From an uncultured Acidobacteriota bacterium (GTDB lineage: Bacteria > Acidobacteriota > Blastocatellia > RBC074): a stretch of 64,000 bases of DNA. The notes below the pieces were generated by a model. It had not been told where the DNA came from, searched no databases, and saw only the letters and a program-made list of their open reading frames with translations. The stretch covers positions 2,720,001-2,784,000 of the forward strand of contig CAWCKY010000006.1 of NCBI GenBank assembly GCA_963796275.1. The letters are read 5' to 3'. The first letter of the stretch is position 1, and each line of letters opens with the position of its first letter. The position numbers were made by a program, and so were the translations under genes. Shown in pieces: positions 48,270 to 58,122 of the stretch.

Positions 48270-48535
48270 GATGTAGCGCCTTCAGTTCACCGTTGATGTG
48301 TCGGACGTTGCCGCGGTTGTTAAAAGCATCGGCAAAGCGCAGGTTAAGTTCGAGGGCGCTGTCGATGTCTTTCAGTGCTGTGCGAAGCTCGCCCATCATC
48401 TTTCGCAGATGCCACGATTATTTAAGCCTCGGCAAAATTCGGATCGAGTTCAATGTCACGGTTGGATTCTGAGAACGCGCCGTTCCTATCGTTCGAGCGC
48501 TCTTTCGCGATGCCACGATTATTGAACGCCCTGAT
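48270..48535 (-). pseudogene. TPR-protein remnant
   Basis: Three (F/L)NNRG units with stops. Confidence 0.5.
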
Positions 48536-49264
48536 AAAATTATGTGTGTAACGTGGCTGCGGGAAATAAAGATGTCATTGCTGGTTTATGAATGCACCGT
48601 CCCAGTGCCGCCTGTGATGTCAAAAATTTGGTAAGGGAACTTCAAACTAATTTTGCCAGTTGCCTTTGGTTAAGTGGTTTGTTTTTATTATTTTACAATA
48701 AAAGTAGCGGTTTAAATCGGATTGGGATATAATTCAAGCAACTGGCAGCGGTATACCCTAATGGCTGAGGACGCTGCTGAATCGGCGGGAGCGAAAGCGC
48801 CCGCCATTACTATTTCTACTACGAATAATATCAAAGATGATTCGTTCGCATCCGCTACGGATTACACTGATTAAGCCTCCACCTGGCGTGCCGCTTTGTT
48901 TGCAGCAAGGCAAGACGATCTTGTTCCCCCTACTTCCGATTTAGGAAAAAACGTCTCTTTTGATCTCATGTGGGCATAACCACCCAAGACCAAACTGTCC
49001 ACTAAATCGGGTGAACCCCAGGTCTTGGCCTCTAGTGATTGAGCCCGGCTCGATCCTTTCGGCACGTAGAAAATACATTTGGCGTTAGGGCAGGGCATCG
49101 ATGGAATCGTGGTCACAATTTGCGCTCGGCGATCGAATTCTCCGCAGTTTAGTACTATCGCGAATTGGCCGAGCGAGCCGGCGGCGCTGTACCAAAATTC
49201 CGTTATCTGAGAAGATGTCGCCGAATATTCCCATCTCTACTTTGGCTCTGGAGAACAATTCACA

Positions 49265-50551
49265 ATGAATCAGGCACTCAAGAAGTATCTTGCGGTCGTC
49301 TCAGGCGCCCTGTCGTTGGTCTTGGCTGGCGCCGCGTTTGGGATTGCGAATCGATCGGCTTCGATGACCAGTGAACCATTTCTCAAATCGGAGATGATCT
49401 TTCCTCTCGAACACTGGCACAACCACGCGTCGTGCATAGTCGAAACGCCGAGCGGGGACCTGCTCGTTTGCTGGTTCCACGGGTCTGGAGAGCGGACCGC
49501 TGATGATGTGAAGATCGAGGGTGCGCGGAAGAGGCGCGGCTCGCGCGAATGGAGTCCGCGTTTCACGATGGCCGACACTCCCGGCTATCCCGACACCAAC
49601 TGCGCGATTTTCATCGATACGAAGCAGAGGTTGTGGCTGCTTTGGCCGACCATCCTGGCGAACGAATGGCACACCGCCTTGATGAAATACAGGATTTCAT
49701 CGCGCTATCAGTCCGACGGCCCGCCCGTCTGGGAGACCAACGAAGTTCTGCACATCACTCCCGGCCCGGAATTCGAGGCGATGGTGAAAGAAGCGATGGA
49801 CGCGCTGGAAAACAGGCTGCAAAGCGAGCCTGAAGAGCGCCGCGCCGCCATCCGCGCTTACATCGCCAGAACGCGCAAGAACGCCGCCGATAAATTTTTC
49901 CGGCGGCTGGGATGGATGACCCGCGCCCATCCTTTCGTTCTCGACGACCGCAGATTGATAGTCCCCCTCTATTCCGACGGCTTCTCGTTCTCGCTGATGG
50001 CCCTTACCGATGACTGGGGCAAGACGTGGAAGACCAGCACCCCGCTCGTCGGAGGAGGAAACATCCAGCCCAGCATTGTTCGGAAGAAGGACGGAACGCT
50101 TTTCACCTTGATGCGCGACAATGGCCCGCCGCCGAAGCGTCTGCACAAAAGCGAATCGCGCGACCGAGGGGAAACCTGGTTGCCGGTCACCGACAGCGAC
50201 CTGCCCAATCCAGGATCCGGCGCCGAGGTCATTTCTCTTCGCAATGGACACTGGGTATTGATCTACAACGACACCGAACGAGCCCGCAATAGCCTGGCGG
50301 TGGCGATCTCGGATGACGAAGGCCAGACCTGGAAGTGGAAGCGGCAGTTGGAATACGACCCTCCCGGCCCCGAGGCGGGCGCCTATCATTACCCTTCAAT
50401 CATGCAGGCCCGCGACGGTACATTACACGCCAGTTACAGTTACCACCTCAACCGCAAAGACGTCGAGAAGGACGCCGAAGGTAACCTGCGCCGTAAAACG
50501 ATCAAGCATGCCCATTTCAACGAGGAGTGGGTGATGGCAGGAGAAAAATAG
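49265..50551 (+). CDS. BNR/Asp-box sialidase-like protein
   Basis: Asp boxes TDDWGKTW, SRDRGETW, SDDEGQTW; YHYPS; signal peptide. Confidence 0.85.
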   Translation: MNQALKKYLAVVSGALSLVLAGAAFGIANRSASMTSEPFLKSEMIFPLEHWHNHASCIVETPSGDLLVCWFHGSGERTADDVKIEGARKRRGSREWSPRFTMADTPGYPDTNCAIFIDTKQRLWLLWPTILANEWHTALMKYRISSRYQSDGPPVWETNEVLHITPGPEFEAMVKEAMDALENRLQSEPEERRAAIRAYIARTRKNAADKFFRRLGWMTRAHPFVLDDRRLIVPLYSDGFSFSLMALTDDWGKTWKTSTPLVGGGNIQPSIVRKKDGTLFTLMRDNGPPPKRLHKSESRDRGETWLPVTDSDLPNPGSGAEVISLRNGHWVLIYNDTERARNSLAVAISDDEGQTWKWKRQLEYDPPGPEAGAYHYPSIMQARDGTLHASYSYHLNRKDVEKDAEGNLRRKTIKHAHFNEEWVMAGEK

Positions 50552-50596
50552 CGCGCGACAACCACATGATAGTGGTTGTGAAAGTCCGGGGTGGTA

Positions 50597-50651
50597 AGGT
50601 CAACTGCTCCACCTATAGCAACGTCAGCGGCTTAGCTGGAGTAGTTGACCT
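50597..50651. repeat. 15-bp near-perfect inverted repeat
   Basis: AGGTCAACTGCTCCA-N25-TGGAGTAGTTGACCT. Confidence 0.55.
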
Positions 50652-50825
50652 ACTTACAGACATCCAGTGTTAACTTTTAAATTGCCGTTATTACCGACCT
50701 CTCCACGCTAGGATCAGAGTTGATCTCAACAATTTTAGGTGGGAGAAAGACAAGCGAAGTTTTTGAGAACGCAGATGAATCGAGTCTGGCGAGGGATAGA
50801 TTGCCAGGCTCCAGTGAGCGACGAC

Positions 50826-50867
50826 TGCGAGTAGCCGGGCAGTGGGATTGCCATTCGGCTACTCGCA
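50826..50867 (-). terminator. Hairpin after chitinase stop
   Basis: TGCGAGTAGCCG...CGGCTACTCGCA, 12-bp perfect stem. Confidence 0.5.
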
Positions 50868-50890
50868 AGGAGCTATCCGCAGATGCGGGA

Positions 50891-52303
50891 TTACGGCAAT
50901 TGGGTTAGACCATCCAGGAAAGGCGCATGGTTACCGGAAAATTCAAAGTTGTTGAATCGGTCCCAGTTGATAGACCAGGTCATCACCCCCCTGAAATTGG
51001 GATAGCCAGCAGGATTACGGAGTACGTAGCGTCCGTTGAACGATCTGCCGTTTATCAGGTAGTCGAGCGCTCTCTGTACTTCTGACGGCACGGTATAACC
51101 GCTGCCGGCTGCCTGGGGAGACGCAGGCAGCCCGATGGCGACCTGATCCGGCCTCAATGGCGGGAAGAATCTGTTAGGGTCGAGTGCGACCGGAAACCCC
51201 ACCAACAGCATCTCAGCCATAGCCACTTGGAAATCGGCGGTCGCCGATTCATAGATCATGTCATCAATCCCGAAGACCGATCCGGTGTTGTAATGCTGCA
51301 CGTGGATGATGGTCAGTATATCTCTGAGACCGTGAATCACCGGCAAGTAAGAGCCCGGGCGAGGACCATAGCTTCTATAACCCGTTTGGACGAAGAAGGT
51401 TTCGGGAGCCATGGTCAAAATAAAATCGGGTCCGATATTGGCGGCGACGGCTCTGATCGCAGAGATGAGGTTGACGATACTCGGTGTAGTGGGATTTCTA
51501 AAATCGTTATCGCCGACGTTGAGTGTCACGGAGGTTCCTTCAAAATCGATGTCGATCCCATTAAATCCATATTCTCTGATGAGATCGGTCACGGAATCGA
51601 TGAAGTTCTGTCGATCGGTTTCGGTTTCGAGCACCACGTGCCCGGTGCCACCGCCAAGCGATAGAAGCACTTTCTGGCCTCTGCGTTTGAGGATCGCGAT
51701 ATCTGATTTAACTTCTTCCACGGAAGTGCGGAAATCGGGGACGAACTCGATGAATGAGGTGCTGCCCGGGATCGGTAATCCAAACGCGAGATTGACGATC
51801 GCGTAATCTCTGGAAACATCTTTCACCCTGATGAAGCCGGCGCCGTTTTCAAAGTTGTGCCAGTAACCGATGACTGCATGGCGGGGCAGCGGTTTGTTGC
51901 TGTCGTCCACAAATTTCCAGAGCGCGGGGACGTTGGCCGGCTCCCATGTCGGGAGCGAGACGTGGCTCTGGAGACATTCGTAGGTCTCGTCCCCATATTG
52001 GACCCGCACCCCGGCAACGTACGGCGTGACAGACGTCCAGGGTGAGGGATGTCTGCTGACGCCGAGAGGCCTCAGCCAGAGCGCGGGGACATTGGGCGGC
52101 TCCCATGTTGCGATCGAGGTGTGAGCCTGACGACACTCGTAAGTGATCCCCTCGAACATGACTCGTGCTCCTATGGCGTATGAAGTGCCTGTAGCCCAGG
52201 GTTGAACTTCTGACTGAGCCGCAATTGCTACTGGCATAAAAGTCAGAAGACCGATCATTCTAATCAGAGCTGACCATTGCTGATGTAACCTGTGTTTTGA
52301 CAT
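50891..52303 (-). CDS. GH18 chitinase with two N-terminal CBM5/12 modules
   Basis: SLGG, GIDIDFE (DxDxE), MTWSINWD; two W....Y..G..V...WEP.NVPALW modules; GAGGAG before ATG 52303. Confidence 0.93.
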   Translation of the reverse strand: MSKHRLHQQWSALIRMIGLLTFMPVAIAAQSEVQPWATGTSYAIGARVMFEGITYECRQAHTSIATWEPPNVPALWLRPLGVSRHPSPWTSVTPYVAGVRVQYGDETYECLQSHVSLPTWEPANVPALWKFVDDSNKPLPRHAVIGYWHNFENGAGFIRVKDVSRDYAIVNLAFGLPIPGSTSFIEFVPDFRTSVEEVKSDIAILKRRGQKVLLSLGGGTGHVVLETETDRQNFIDSVTDLIREYGFNGIDIDFEGTSVTLNVGDNDFRNPTTPSIVNLISAIRAVAANIGPDFILTMAPETFFVQTGYRSYGPRPGSYLPVIHGLRDILTIIHVQHYNTGSVFGIDDMIYESATADFQVAMAEMLLVGFPVALDPNRFFPPLRPDQVAIGLPASPQAAGSGYTVPSEVQRALDYLINGRSFNGRYVLRNPAGYPNFRGVMTWSINWDRFNNFEFSGNHAPFLDGLTQLP

Positions 52304-52510
52304 TCGTAACTCCTCATCCTTTCGTGAAAGTATGGGACAGCTGTTAAATCGCGAAACATGCAAAATACGCGAACGGTTTCTATCCGCAACGGCTTCTTGC
52401 CGCAGTCGGACGATTTATCGTGATCGCTTATTTCACGTTGGTAAACTACACATCAATGTATTACCGCGCTTTTCGCTTGAGCGTGCAGTAAAGAAAGATG
52501 AAGAGAGAAG

Positions 52511-52579
52511 ACGGAACAAACGAAAGATAACGAAACAAACGAAAAACCACCGATTCTCTCGTCTGTTTCGTATTCTCCG
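52511..52579. repeat. 9-10-bp periodic ACG(G/A)AA repeat with degenerate inverted copy
   Basis: ACGGAACAA ACGAAAGATA ACGAAACAA ACGAAA ... TCGTCTGTTTCGTATTCTCCG. Confidence 0.55.
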
Positions 52580-52619
52580 CCCAACCTCCAGAGCCTGCAC
52601 ATTCATGTGAAATTTGATC

Positions 52620-52857
52620 ACGGGGTTGCAACAAGACCTCCCACTGTCGGTACGTGAGTGGGAATGCCCGCAATGCGGAGCGCACCACGAGCGATACGAG
52701 AACGCGGCGGGTCAACATCTTGCGAGCAGGGTAATACCTGCGAAAACTACCGGGTGGGACGCCCGGAAAGTAACGCCTACGAGATATGAGCGACGGCGCT
52801 CAGCGTCTGAATCCCCACCATACCGCGCTTTGGCGGTTGATGACGGGAGAAGGTCAA
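52620..52857 (+). mobile_element. tnpB: IS200/IS605 remnant: tnpB 3' end plus right end
   Basis: [28 protein letters not shown] zinc ribbon/RuvC-III tail; GAATCCCC...hairpin...GGGAGAAGGTCAA ending in TCAA. Confidence 0.8.
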
Positions 52858-53411
52858 AGATTTTTGCTGTGAGTAACAAATGAGCGTAGCCAGGCGAAGC
52901 GCTGGCATGCTCAAAAACTAAATAACCCTAACAGAAGAATAACATATATCACGTAGAATCGAGCGTACTAGACGGTCAAATCACAGCATTTTCCTTCCAC
53001 AAAATTATGGATCCCCGTTCAACGACACAGCAGAGCATATCTCCCGCCGTGGCCTGGAGTGGCTTGACTTCGAACGCAGTGCGGTCGCCGGAGTGGTGAT
53101 ATACACAATCGAAGAGGATTCGACGCCCACGGGCCTAGTTTCCTATTAGTGACCTCCATCATTACTTGTCCTCAGAAACACAACTCATCATTTTCGTGAT
53201 CCTGTGTACACCGAATCGTGTTCATATAGTCCTGATCGATCAAAGATTCTAAAGACATATCCTGGGACGTAAGGCTAAATAGCTGATGGCAGCAGGCTTA
53301 CTGAAGTCCTGTGCTTTATCGGCTAAGTGGCACGAGGTTTGTAAAGATAATTTGCGAGTAAAGATAATGTGCGAGGAATGATATTACGTGTTTCAAAAAA
53401 GGAGGAAAGGT

Positions 53412-53780
53412 ATGATGAAGAAGATACAAGCTAGCGCGGTTTTGATGGCATTGATGGTGGGTCTGCTGTTCGCTGCGGGGACGCCCGACGCGATGGCGCA
53501 AGGAAAGGGTTATCGTACACGGAGCAGCGAGAGCCGTTCCTATCACGACCGCAACTATAGTCGCAATGATCGCGGGCGCTTTTATGAAGAGAAGGAGGCG
53601 ACAAACGAAAATCTGATCAAGAGGGCTGGTATCGGCGCGGGTATTGGGGTATTGGGTGGCGCATTGCTCGGCGGGAAGACCGGAGCGATTATCGGTGGCG
53701 CTGCGGGTGCTTTGACCGGGTACATCTTTCACCGCAAAAAGATCGACGATCAGCACGACCGCATACTCGGACGTGACTAA
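53412..53780 (+). CDS. Secreted glycine-zipper (YMGG-like) protein
   Basis: Signal peptide, AGIGAGIGVLGGALLGGKTGAIIGGAAGA; GGAGG SD. Confidence 0.85.
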   Translation: MMKKIQASAVLMALMVGLLFAAGTPDAMAQGKGYRTRSSESRSYHDRNYSRNDRGRFYEEKEATNENLIKRAGIGAGIGVLGGALLGGKTGAIIGGAAGALTGYIFHRKKIDDQHDRILGRD

Positions 53781-53808
53781 CAGAACGGGCGAGATTATCT
53801 GTAGCTTC

Positions 53809-53840
53809 GGGGGCGATGTTTTCAGAGCATCGCCCCCCTT
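53809..53840 (+). terminator. Terminator-like hairpin
   Basis: GGGGGCGATG-N9-CATCGCCCCC after the stop. Confidence 0.55.
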
Positions 53841-54083
53841 GCATTTCCCATCGATCCAGTACCTCACTCATACTCATGATGAATGGTGAGCTGGAAGGGA
53901 AGCTTGGGCGAGGATGATCGGCTGATCGAAGCGGATCATCAGGGGATCGTTACGGCTTCGGACTCCTCCGAGTTGACCTTTAACGCTGTCGTAGACGATG
54001 AGGGAGTCTTCCGATTGGCTGACATACAAAACAGGCCCTATAGTCCGTTTGTCTATTCGCGATGTGAGGACGCGACATTTCCT

Positions 54084-54118
54084 AACGCAGAGGCGTATAA
54101 AATACGCCTCTGCGTTTT
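54084..54118. terminator. Probable terminator hairpin between convergent genes
   Basis: AACGCAGAGGCGTAT-AAA-ATACGCCTCTGCGTT, 15-bp perfect stem. Confidence 0.65.
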
Positions 54119-54154
54119 GATCATGCGCTGGCAAGTCAGGTACCGATCCTATTA

Positions 54155-55123
54155 TTACTGATTTATGGTCTTGAAGGTGCCCAGATTGCCTCCATCGAAG
54201 GCGCGCAGTTTGGTTACACTGCGGCTTCCGAAATTTGCAACCCAGATAGAACCTCCTTCCAGGATTAGATATGCCGGGGCATCACCAACAGGACTGGTTC
54301 CAACCAGAGCACCCGTGGAAATGCTGAGTTTGGATACGCTGTTGCTGAATTGATTTACCACCCAAACAAAGTCTCCGCCCGTGACCAGTGCTAATGGATT
54401 GTCGCCCACATCATAGATTCCGAGCGTCATCCCATCGCTTGCGCGCAACTTTGTTACATTGTCGCTCTGGGAGTTCGCCACCCAGATATTGCTCCCGTCA
54501 TATGCCAATCCCGCTGGAGCCTTACCTACTGCGTATGTTCCGAGCGCCTTCACATCGCTCGCGCGCAGCTTAGTCACACTATTGCTATTCTGGTTGGCCA
54601 CCCAGATATTTGCTCCATCAGTAACCAGCGCTCCCGGTCCGTCCTTCACCTTGTATGTGCCGATAGTCTGCCCGGTTGCTAACGATAGCTTCATCACATC
54701 GTCGCTGCCGAAATTGGCAACCCATATGTTTAAACCATCGAAGATTATCGCTATCGGGGAGCTGCCCACGGTGTAGGTACCGAGCGCCACCCCATCGCTC
54801 GCGTGCAGCCTGGTCACGCTGTTGCCATTCTGATTGGCTACCCAGATGTTATTCCCGTCATAGGCAAGCGCCCGCGGTGTCTTGCCTGTGGCGTAAACAC
54901 CCAAAGTCGAGCCAGTGCTTGCCGATAGCTTCGTAACGGTATCATTTCCGGCATTTCCCACCCAGATATGGGTCCCGTCAAATAGCAGGCACGAAGGTTC
55001 GTCGGCCTTCTCCTGTTGGGTCGCAAAGGAATTAAATGGAGCCGGCGCTGCCATGACCACCAGAAGCAGAGCAGCAAAGAAACTCTTACAATTAATATAC
55101 TTCTTCTTTTGCATTTCTATCAT
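54155..55123 (-). CDS. Secreted YncE/YVTN-like 7-blade beta-propeller
   Basis: Seven ~40-aa DG.NIWVAN...VTKL.AS.G..LG.Y.VG..P repeats; signal peptide. Confidence 0.85.
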   Translation of the reverse strand: MIEMQKKKYINCKSFFAALLLVVMAAPAPFNSFATQQEKADEPSCLLFDGTHIWVGNAGNDTVTKLSASTGSTLGVYATGKTPRALAYDGNNIWVANQNGNSVTRLHASDGVALGTYTVGSSPIAIIFDGLNIWVANFGSDDVMKLSLATGQTIGTYKVKDGPGALVTDGANIWVANQNSNSVTKLRASDVKALGTYAVGKAPAGLAYDGSNIWVANSQSDNVTKLRASDGMTLGIYDVGDNPLALVTGGDFVWVVNQFSNSVSKLSISTGALVGTSPVGDAPAYLILEGGSIWVANFGSRSVTKLRAFDGGNLGTFKTINQ

Positions 55124-55193
55124 CTCCTTTCACGCGTAAATACGCGTTAATCAGCGCTATCTCCGGCATCGCTATGCATTGCCGGAATCACGC

Positions 55194-55847
55194 TCAATTA
55201 ACTCTCTTCTTACCGCCAGGCAACTCGGCTTTCGTGGTTTCCACAGTATCCGGGCGATAGTCTTTAGGCGTCTCCAGCCAGAGAATGCGTTTGACAAGAT
55301 TGTGTGGTTTAGCAACCGCGGGATAGGCTATCCACACATCCGTCACTTCATTGCCGATGCGGACAATCCCTATGTGATTCGTTTTGTCTTTATCCAACTC
55401 AGGGTCCGGGTCGACGAAGCCAAGCTTACGCCGCAAGACCTCTATATCGGCGGGTTTGCCCGTCAGGTAGAGCCAGCCTTTTTTCACACCGTGCATATCG
55501 GCGTACTCCTTGAGCGCCTTCGGTGTGTCCTTTTCAGGCTGCAGGGTAATCGAATACATGAAAATGTCCTTGCCGATGCGGTCTTCGAGCAACTTTTGAA
55601 CCTTGACCAGATTTGCGGTCATCGGCGGGCAAAGCCCCTGGCAATCGGCATACATCATGTTTATCACCACGTGTTTTCCGTGAATCAGATCGTCGTAGAA
55701 ACGGACTTCCTTGCCTTCATGCGTGCGCATCAGGAAGTTCGGGAAGTATCTGGCTCGCGGGCCGGACTTCTTTGGCTTCGATTCGATCGCCTTCTCGTCG
55801 GCCAGCGTCGGGGTTAGAACATTGGCAATCAATTCTCTTCTTTTCAT
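55194..55847 (-). CDS. SCO/SenC-family copper chaperone
   Basis: CQGLC (CxxxC), SITLQPEKDTP, distal His (TNHIG); AAGGAGG before ATG 55847. Confidence 0.9.
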   Translation of the reverse strand: MKRRELIANVLTPTLADEKAIESKPKKSGPRARYFPNFLMRTHEGKEVRFYDDLIHGKHVVINMMYADCQGLCPPMTANLVKVQKLLEDRIGKDIFMYSITLQPEKDTPKALKEYADMHGVKKGWLYLTGKPADIEVLRRKLGFVDPDPELDKDKTNHIGIVRIGNEVTDVWIAYPAVAKPHNLVKRILWLETPKDYRPDTVETTKAELPGGKKRVN

Positions 55848-55858
55848 GGTCGACCTCC

Positions 55859-57631
55859 TTAGGGTTGAACGATGTCCCACCTCAACATCATCGCGTGGTC
55901 TTCATGGATGGTATTGTGGCAGTGCATGGGATAACGGCCCACGAAATCCCGGAAGCGCATAAAGAGCTGTATCGTCTGATTGCGCCCCAGCCGCGCGACG
56001 TCCTTTCTTCCTCCTTCCACCGGAATTAATCCGCCAGTACGCGCGCGAATTTGAAACTCCTCGAAGTGGATATGGATGGGGTGCTCCCAGCCGCCGGAGT
56101 TGTTCTGCAGTATCCATTTCTCCGCGGTGCCCTGGATGACCGTGGCTCGAACCTCGTCTTCATCGAATATCTTGTTGTTAATCGTCCAATTTCCCGATCT
56201 GTCGAAACGCCACTCCCTTTCTTCAGCTACTTCTTCGAGTGGCGGGTTAGGACGGAAGGCATCCGGGATGCGGCTGTTGTCGCCGTTGAACGGCAGTTCT
56301 ACTCTGAACTGTATATTCTTCATCGCCTCGTTCTGTGGGAGTATGTCACCGGTCGGGCCGCGCCCGTCTTGCTGTTCCAGCCGATTCTGAAGAATGATTT
56401 CGTGCCCTTCTCTTCCGGTGAAATCCACGACGACGTCAATCCGCTCGGCAACCGCTATCCGAACGGAGGCCTGATCGTGTATCGGCATCGGGAGCAAGTT
56501 TCCGTCGTTTGCGATCACGGTGAACTTTATGTCCTGGTTCGCCGTTTTGTCGCGGATAAAGAACTGATAGAAGCGAGAAGGCCCGGCATTGAGCCAGCGA
56601 AAGCGATACTTGCGCGGGCGTACCCTGAAGAAAGGCTGAATCTTTCCATTGGCAAGGAATTTGTCGCCGAGTATCCCGTCGAGATTGAACTTGTCGAAGA
56701 AAAGCCGACCATTGTCTTCGTCAAAGACGCGGTCTTGAAAGACTATCGGCACATCGAACTCGCCGCTCGGCAGCCCGAATGCCGGGGGCGGTGCATTTTC
56801 GTTATTGTTATCAAGCTCGTCAAAAAGAATATACATCCCGGCCAGTCCCTTGTAGGTGTTCTGGGCCGTGAAATCGACGCGGTGATCGTGATACCAGAGA
56901 GTGTTCAACGTCTCCCTATGATCGCCGGCAGTTTCGAGGAACTGGTCATATCCTGCACGAATATTGGGGTAATGATGGTCTTTGTATTTGGGTGCAGCGT
57001 AAAAGTCGACCGGGAATCCGTCGCTTTCCGATGGAGTGTGACCGTTGTGAAGGTGAGTAGATATCTCTCCCCGACCGAAGCCGTCGAAGCCGATGAGGGG
57101 CAGATTATTTCGGTAACGAACCACAACCCGCTGGTTATAAAATGCACGGAATAGTGGGCCGGGGACCTGGCCGTTGTAAGAAAACAGCGTCTGCGGCGGC
57201 AGTTGCGGATGCAGAATGTGACCCGAAGTCTGAGCCGCAATGTTCTGATAGGTTACGGGCGGGCCGAAGCGCGCCGCAAACTCATCCCATCGCTGGTGGT
57301 CAGCGCGCGGCGCCTCACCGGCGGCAATATTGGCAACTCTTTGGGGCGCGGGATTGAGCGCCACCGTCGGCGCCAGTTGAAGACGCGGCATCTCTTCCAA
57401 CCAGGGATCAGTCGGCGGGCTTTCGGGGTCATCAAGCGGGATGCGGGCGTAGGGATCGCGGGCACGCGCGCTCAGCCCTTTTTTCGGAATGAGCATGCCG
57501 GAGCTTGCGATCAGCCCCATCTTGATCAAGTCCCGTCTGCTGAATCCCGCTTCGATAAGCTCGCGCCTGTTTTTTGTTGCATTGCGTCTCTCTTTTTCGC
57601 GTCGTCTATCTCTCTTTGAGATATATGCCAT
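55859..57631 (-). CDS. Tat-exported three-domain multicopper oxidase
   Basis: SRRDLIK Tat motif; THLH, WYHDH, HPIHIH, HCHNTIHEDHAMM; AAGGAGG before ATG 57631. Confidence 0.93.
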   Translation of the reverse strand: MAYISKRDRRREKERRNATKNRRELIEAGFSRRDLIKMGLIASSGMLIPKKGLSARARDPYARIPLDDPESPPTDPWLEEMPRLQLAPTVALNPAPQRVANIAAGEAPRADHQRWDEFAARFGPPVTYQNIAAQTSGHILHPQLPPQTLFSYNGQVPGPLFRAFYNQRVVVRYRNNLPLIGFDGFGRGEISTHLHNGHTPSESDGFPVDFYAAPKYKDHHYPNIRAGYDQFLETAGDHRETLNTLWYHDHRVDFTAQNTYKGLAGMYILFDELDNNNENAPPPAFGLPSGEFDVPIVFQDRVFDEDNGRLFFDKFNLDGILGDKFLANGKIQPFFRVRPRKYRFRWLNAGPSRFYQFFIRDKTANQDIKFTVIANDGNLLPMPIHDQASVRIAVAERIDVVVDFTGREGHEIILQNRLEQQDGRGPTGDILPQNEAMKNIQFRVELPFNGDNSRIPDAFRPNPPLEEVAEEREWRFDRSGNWTINNKIFDEDEVRATVIQGTAEKWILQNNSGGWEHPIHIHFEEFQIRARTGGLIPVEGGRKDVARLGRNQTIQLFMRFRDFVGRYPMHCHNTIHEDHAMMLRWDIVQP

Positions 57632-57719
57632 TACATTTCCTCCTTTTAAAAGGTATTGTTTTGTGACGTCTGGAATCTTCTGCGAGGTGCGCCGAAACAT
57701 CGGGTGCAGCCTGAACTCA

Positions 57720-58122
57720 TCCAGAGAAGTCTCAAAGAATGCCGTCCCGCAGAAGAGAGTGCGCAGACGGAGACCTCCCGGAGATGCATTTGCAATCTCA
57801 CGCTTCGGCACAGTTAATTGATTTAGAGAGAAACGGCCCTGAAAGTTATCGCTACTAGACCCCTACTGTTCGAAGAGGATCGAGGCAGTTGGGTGCTCCG
57901 GCCTAAAAAGACCATAGATAAGGGCCGATAACTTATAGAAGAAAACGAAGTTGCCGTCAGATGCTAAGCAGCTTCAGTGTGTATAGCTATTGAGGTGAAT
58001 AAATGTCTTCCGCTCTTAAGCCATTGCCATAGGAACTGGATGCTTCTGTCTCGAAGAAGAGGATCGAGACATCCAGGTACACAGCCATATCGATCCCGAT
58101 AACGACCAGATGTAAGGGGCCA
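57720..58122 (-). promoter_or_regulatory. Structured leader with three CTCTTC-capped hairpins
   Basis: GAAGAG (+ strand) at hairpin apices 57752, 57872, 58056; two copies share GAAGAGGATCGAG and a second block. Confidence 0.45.

Noticed and set aside
48400-48525. GATGCCACGATTATT direct repeat as CRISPR-like
   Set aside because: Only two copies; encodes NNRGI of decayed TPR units
48745-48790. tRNA-like 5' half
   Set aside because: No T-arm GTTC and no cloverleaf
57895-57935. CTCCGGCCTAAA resembling c-di-GMP-I riboswitch P2
   Set aside because: Wrong strand for the oxidase and lacks GGCAAA and GACGCAAA
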